Under the pieces are notes generated by a model. The model worked only from the letters and a program-made list of their open reading frames with translations, was not told where the DNA came from and searched no databases. Positions 62,626 through 64,000 of a stretch of 64,000 nucleotides of DNA are shown one piece after another. Numbering within the stretch: position 1 is the stretch's first letter; each line of letters begins with the position of its first letter. The DNA is taken from the NCBI RefSeq assembly GCF_003918875.1, contig NW_025766002.1, forward strand, positions 1,240,001 to 1,304,000, given 5' to 3'. The translations under genes and the position numbers were made by a program. This stretch comes from Haliotis rubra. Its lineage: Eukaryota.

Positions 62626-63123
62626 GGCAAGGTGGGCGAGCTGTCAAAGGCGCCGCGCTAGTAAGCGAAAGGTGCCTGGATCGATCCCCACTTGTGACCT
62701 GGTGTAAAAACCTTGGAGCTAACATTACTTGCAGGCTCTTTCATTGTTGTCACAACCCCTTGTGTGCAGTACACAACCCTCTGCACTTAAAATAACCCAC
62801 TAATCCGATGGTAGGTGACCAAATGGTGGACACACGAACACGTGCAGGCACCTAGTTGCGGGTATAGTAACGTGAAGTACCATTGGGCAAAGGACTGTGA
62901 CTATGTGTCCCAGTTCACATAACTGCAAATGGGTACCTTGTGAGGATGAGACTGTGTGATAACTCGCTGCTCCTAACGGGTTACATGAATTGAATACTCC
63001 CCAGGGAGTTGAGTTGGTTAAAAGAATGCCAGGAAAAAAGACCGTTGATCAAGGGAACACTCCAGCGCCTTGAACGTATACTAGTTGCGTGGATATGTGC
63101 GCTATATAAATATCCTATAATAA
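62626..63123 (+). mobile_element. SINE family 4, near full length (~500 bp composite)
   Basis: tRNA-like head, tgcacttaaaataaccc (Deu/Nin-like) segment, CORE-like segment and gcgctatataaatatcctataataa tail; copies at 7650 and 40836/46151. Confidence 0.78.
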
Positions 63124-64000
63124 AGTCAAGTAGACGCTACGTATCTTGTATTCAAAGAGCATATCCAAATTCAAACAAAATTCAATAAAATTATATAAAT
63201 CATAAGAAGATTGTACGATGAGCATTCTTCTAATAGTATTTCAAGTAGGTATTTTTAAAGCGTCACGAACTTAATATGCCACCATATCCACCAGCATACA
63301 AAACAGACAGACAGACACAAAATGAAACATTTAACAATACACAAATACAAAGTGCAAGATATTATGAAGTCACCTTGCCTGAAAATATTTATAACCTTCA
63401 CTGAAACAGTTTCACATGGCCAATAGGCCGACGTTTGGATTTGTTTTCTATTTTTATGCTTTTGACATTTTTGGTGCATTAAAAAGGCCAAATGCGGGAT
63501 ACTAGGCAAACCGCAGCAATGGAGAATATTGCCCAACGAAAAAGGCCAACCCGTGCCTAAATTTGGAGGAAAAATGTTAAGTTGTAATTCGACGGTGTTG
63601 CATTTGATACGGGTATCCCAACCCACCACAACTGCAACAATATTATTTCACCTGTTTACATCCAACACCTTCAAAGTATAGAAGCCTTCTGCCAAAATCG
63701 GACTGGTGGAACAAATATGTACTTGGGATTATAATCTTTTAAGTTTTTGTTTTTGTGGTGTCATCTTGCACATGAAATGAAGGTTGTCAGATATCTTTAT
63801 ATCTTGAATAAACACCATGACTAGTCTAACAAAAATCACTACAATTAAGTGAAAAACATTTTTATTTATATTTTTGTCTAATTCTAAGGTAAAGTTTTTG
63901 TAATGTAGTGTTTAAAAAGTAAATATAATGATGAGATTATTATAGAAAGATACTACATTCAAATATGTTGTAATAATGTTTCAATAATTAAAAAACAAAA

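Overview
AT-rich, repeat-laden animal genomic DNA with four N gaps. It is most likely a mollusc; the SINE set looks gastropod/abalone-like, which is an inference. The left ~28 kb has no gene I can support: it holds ~69-bp, 70-bp and 21-bp satellites, microsatellites, SINEs, and LINE and Tc1 fragments. The right 36 kb holds a tandem cluster of five intact genes for arylsulfatase B/I/J-like (formylglycine, Cys-type) sulfatases. Each has an intron-free CDS and a predicted signal peptide; one is on the - strand and four are on +. Two gene relics lie among them. The catalytic scaffold appears homogenised by patchy gene conversion, while residues next to the active site differ between paralogs. This suggests a diversified secreted or lysosomal sulfatase toolkit, possibly digestive. 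Transposons are remodelling the cluster: a TTAA (Kolobok-like) element sits in the core promoter of gene 3, another probably sits in the 3' UTR of gene 4, and an I-clade LINE, a 549-bp foldback and several MITEs lie between genes. Three SINE families share a covarying 3' stem-loop with the LINE.
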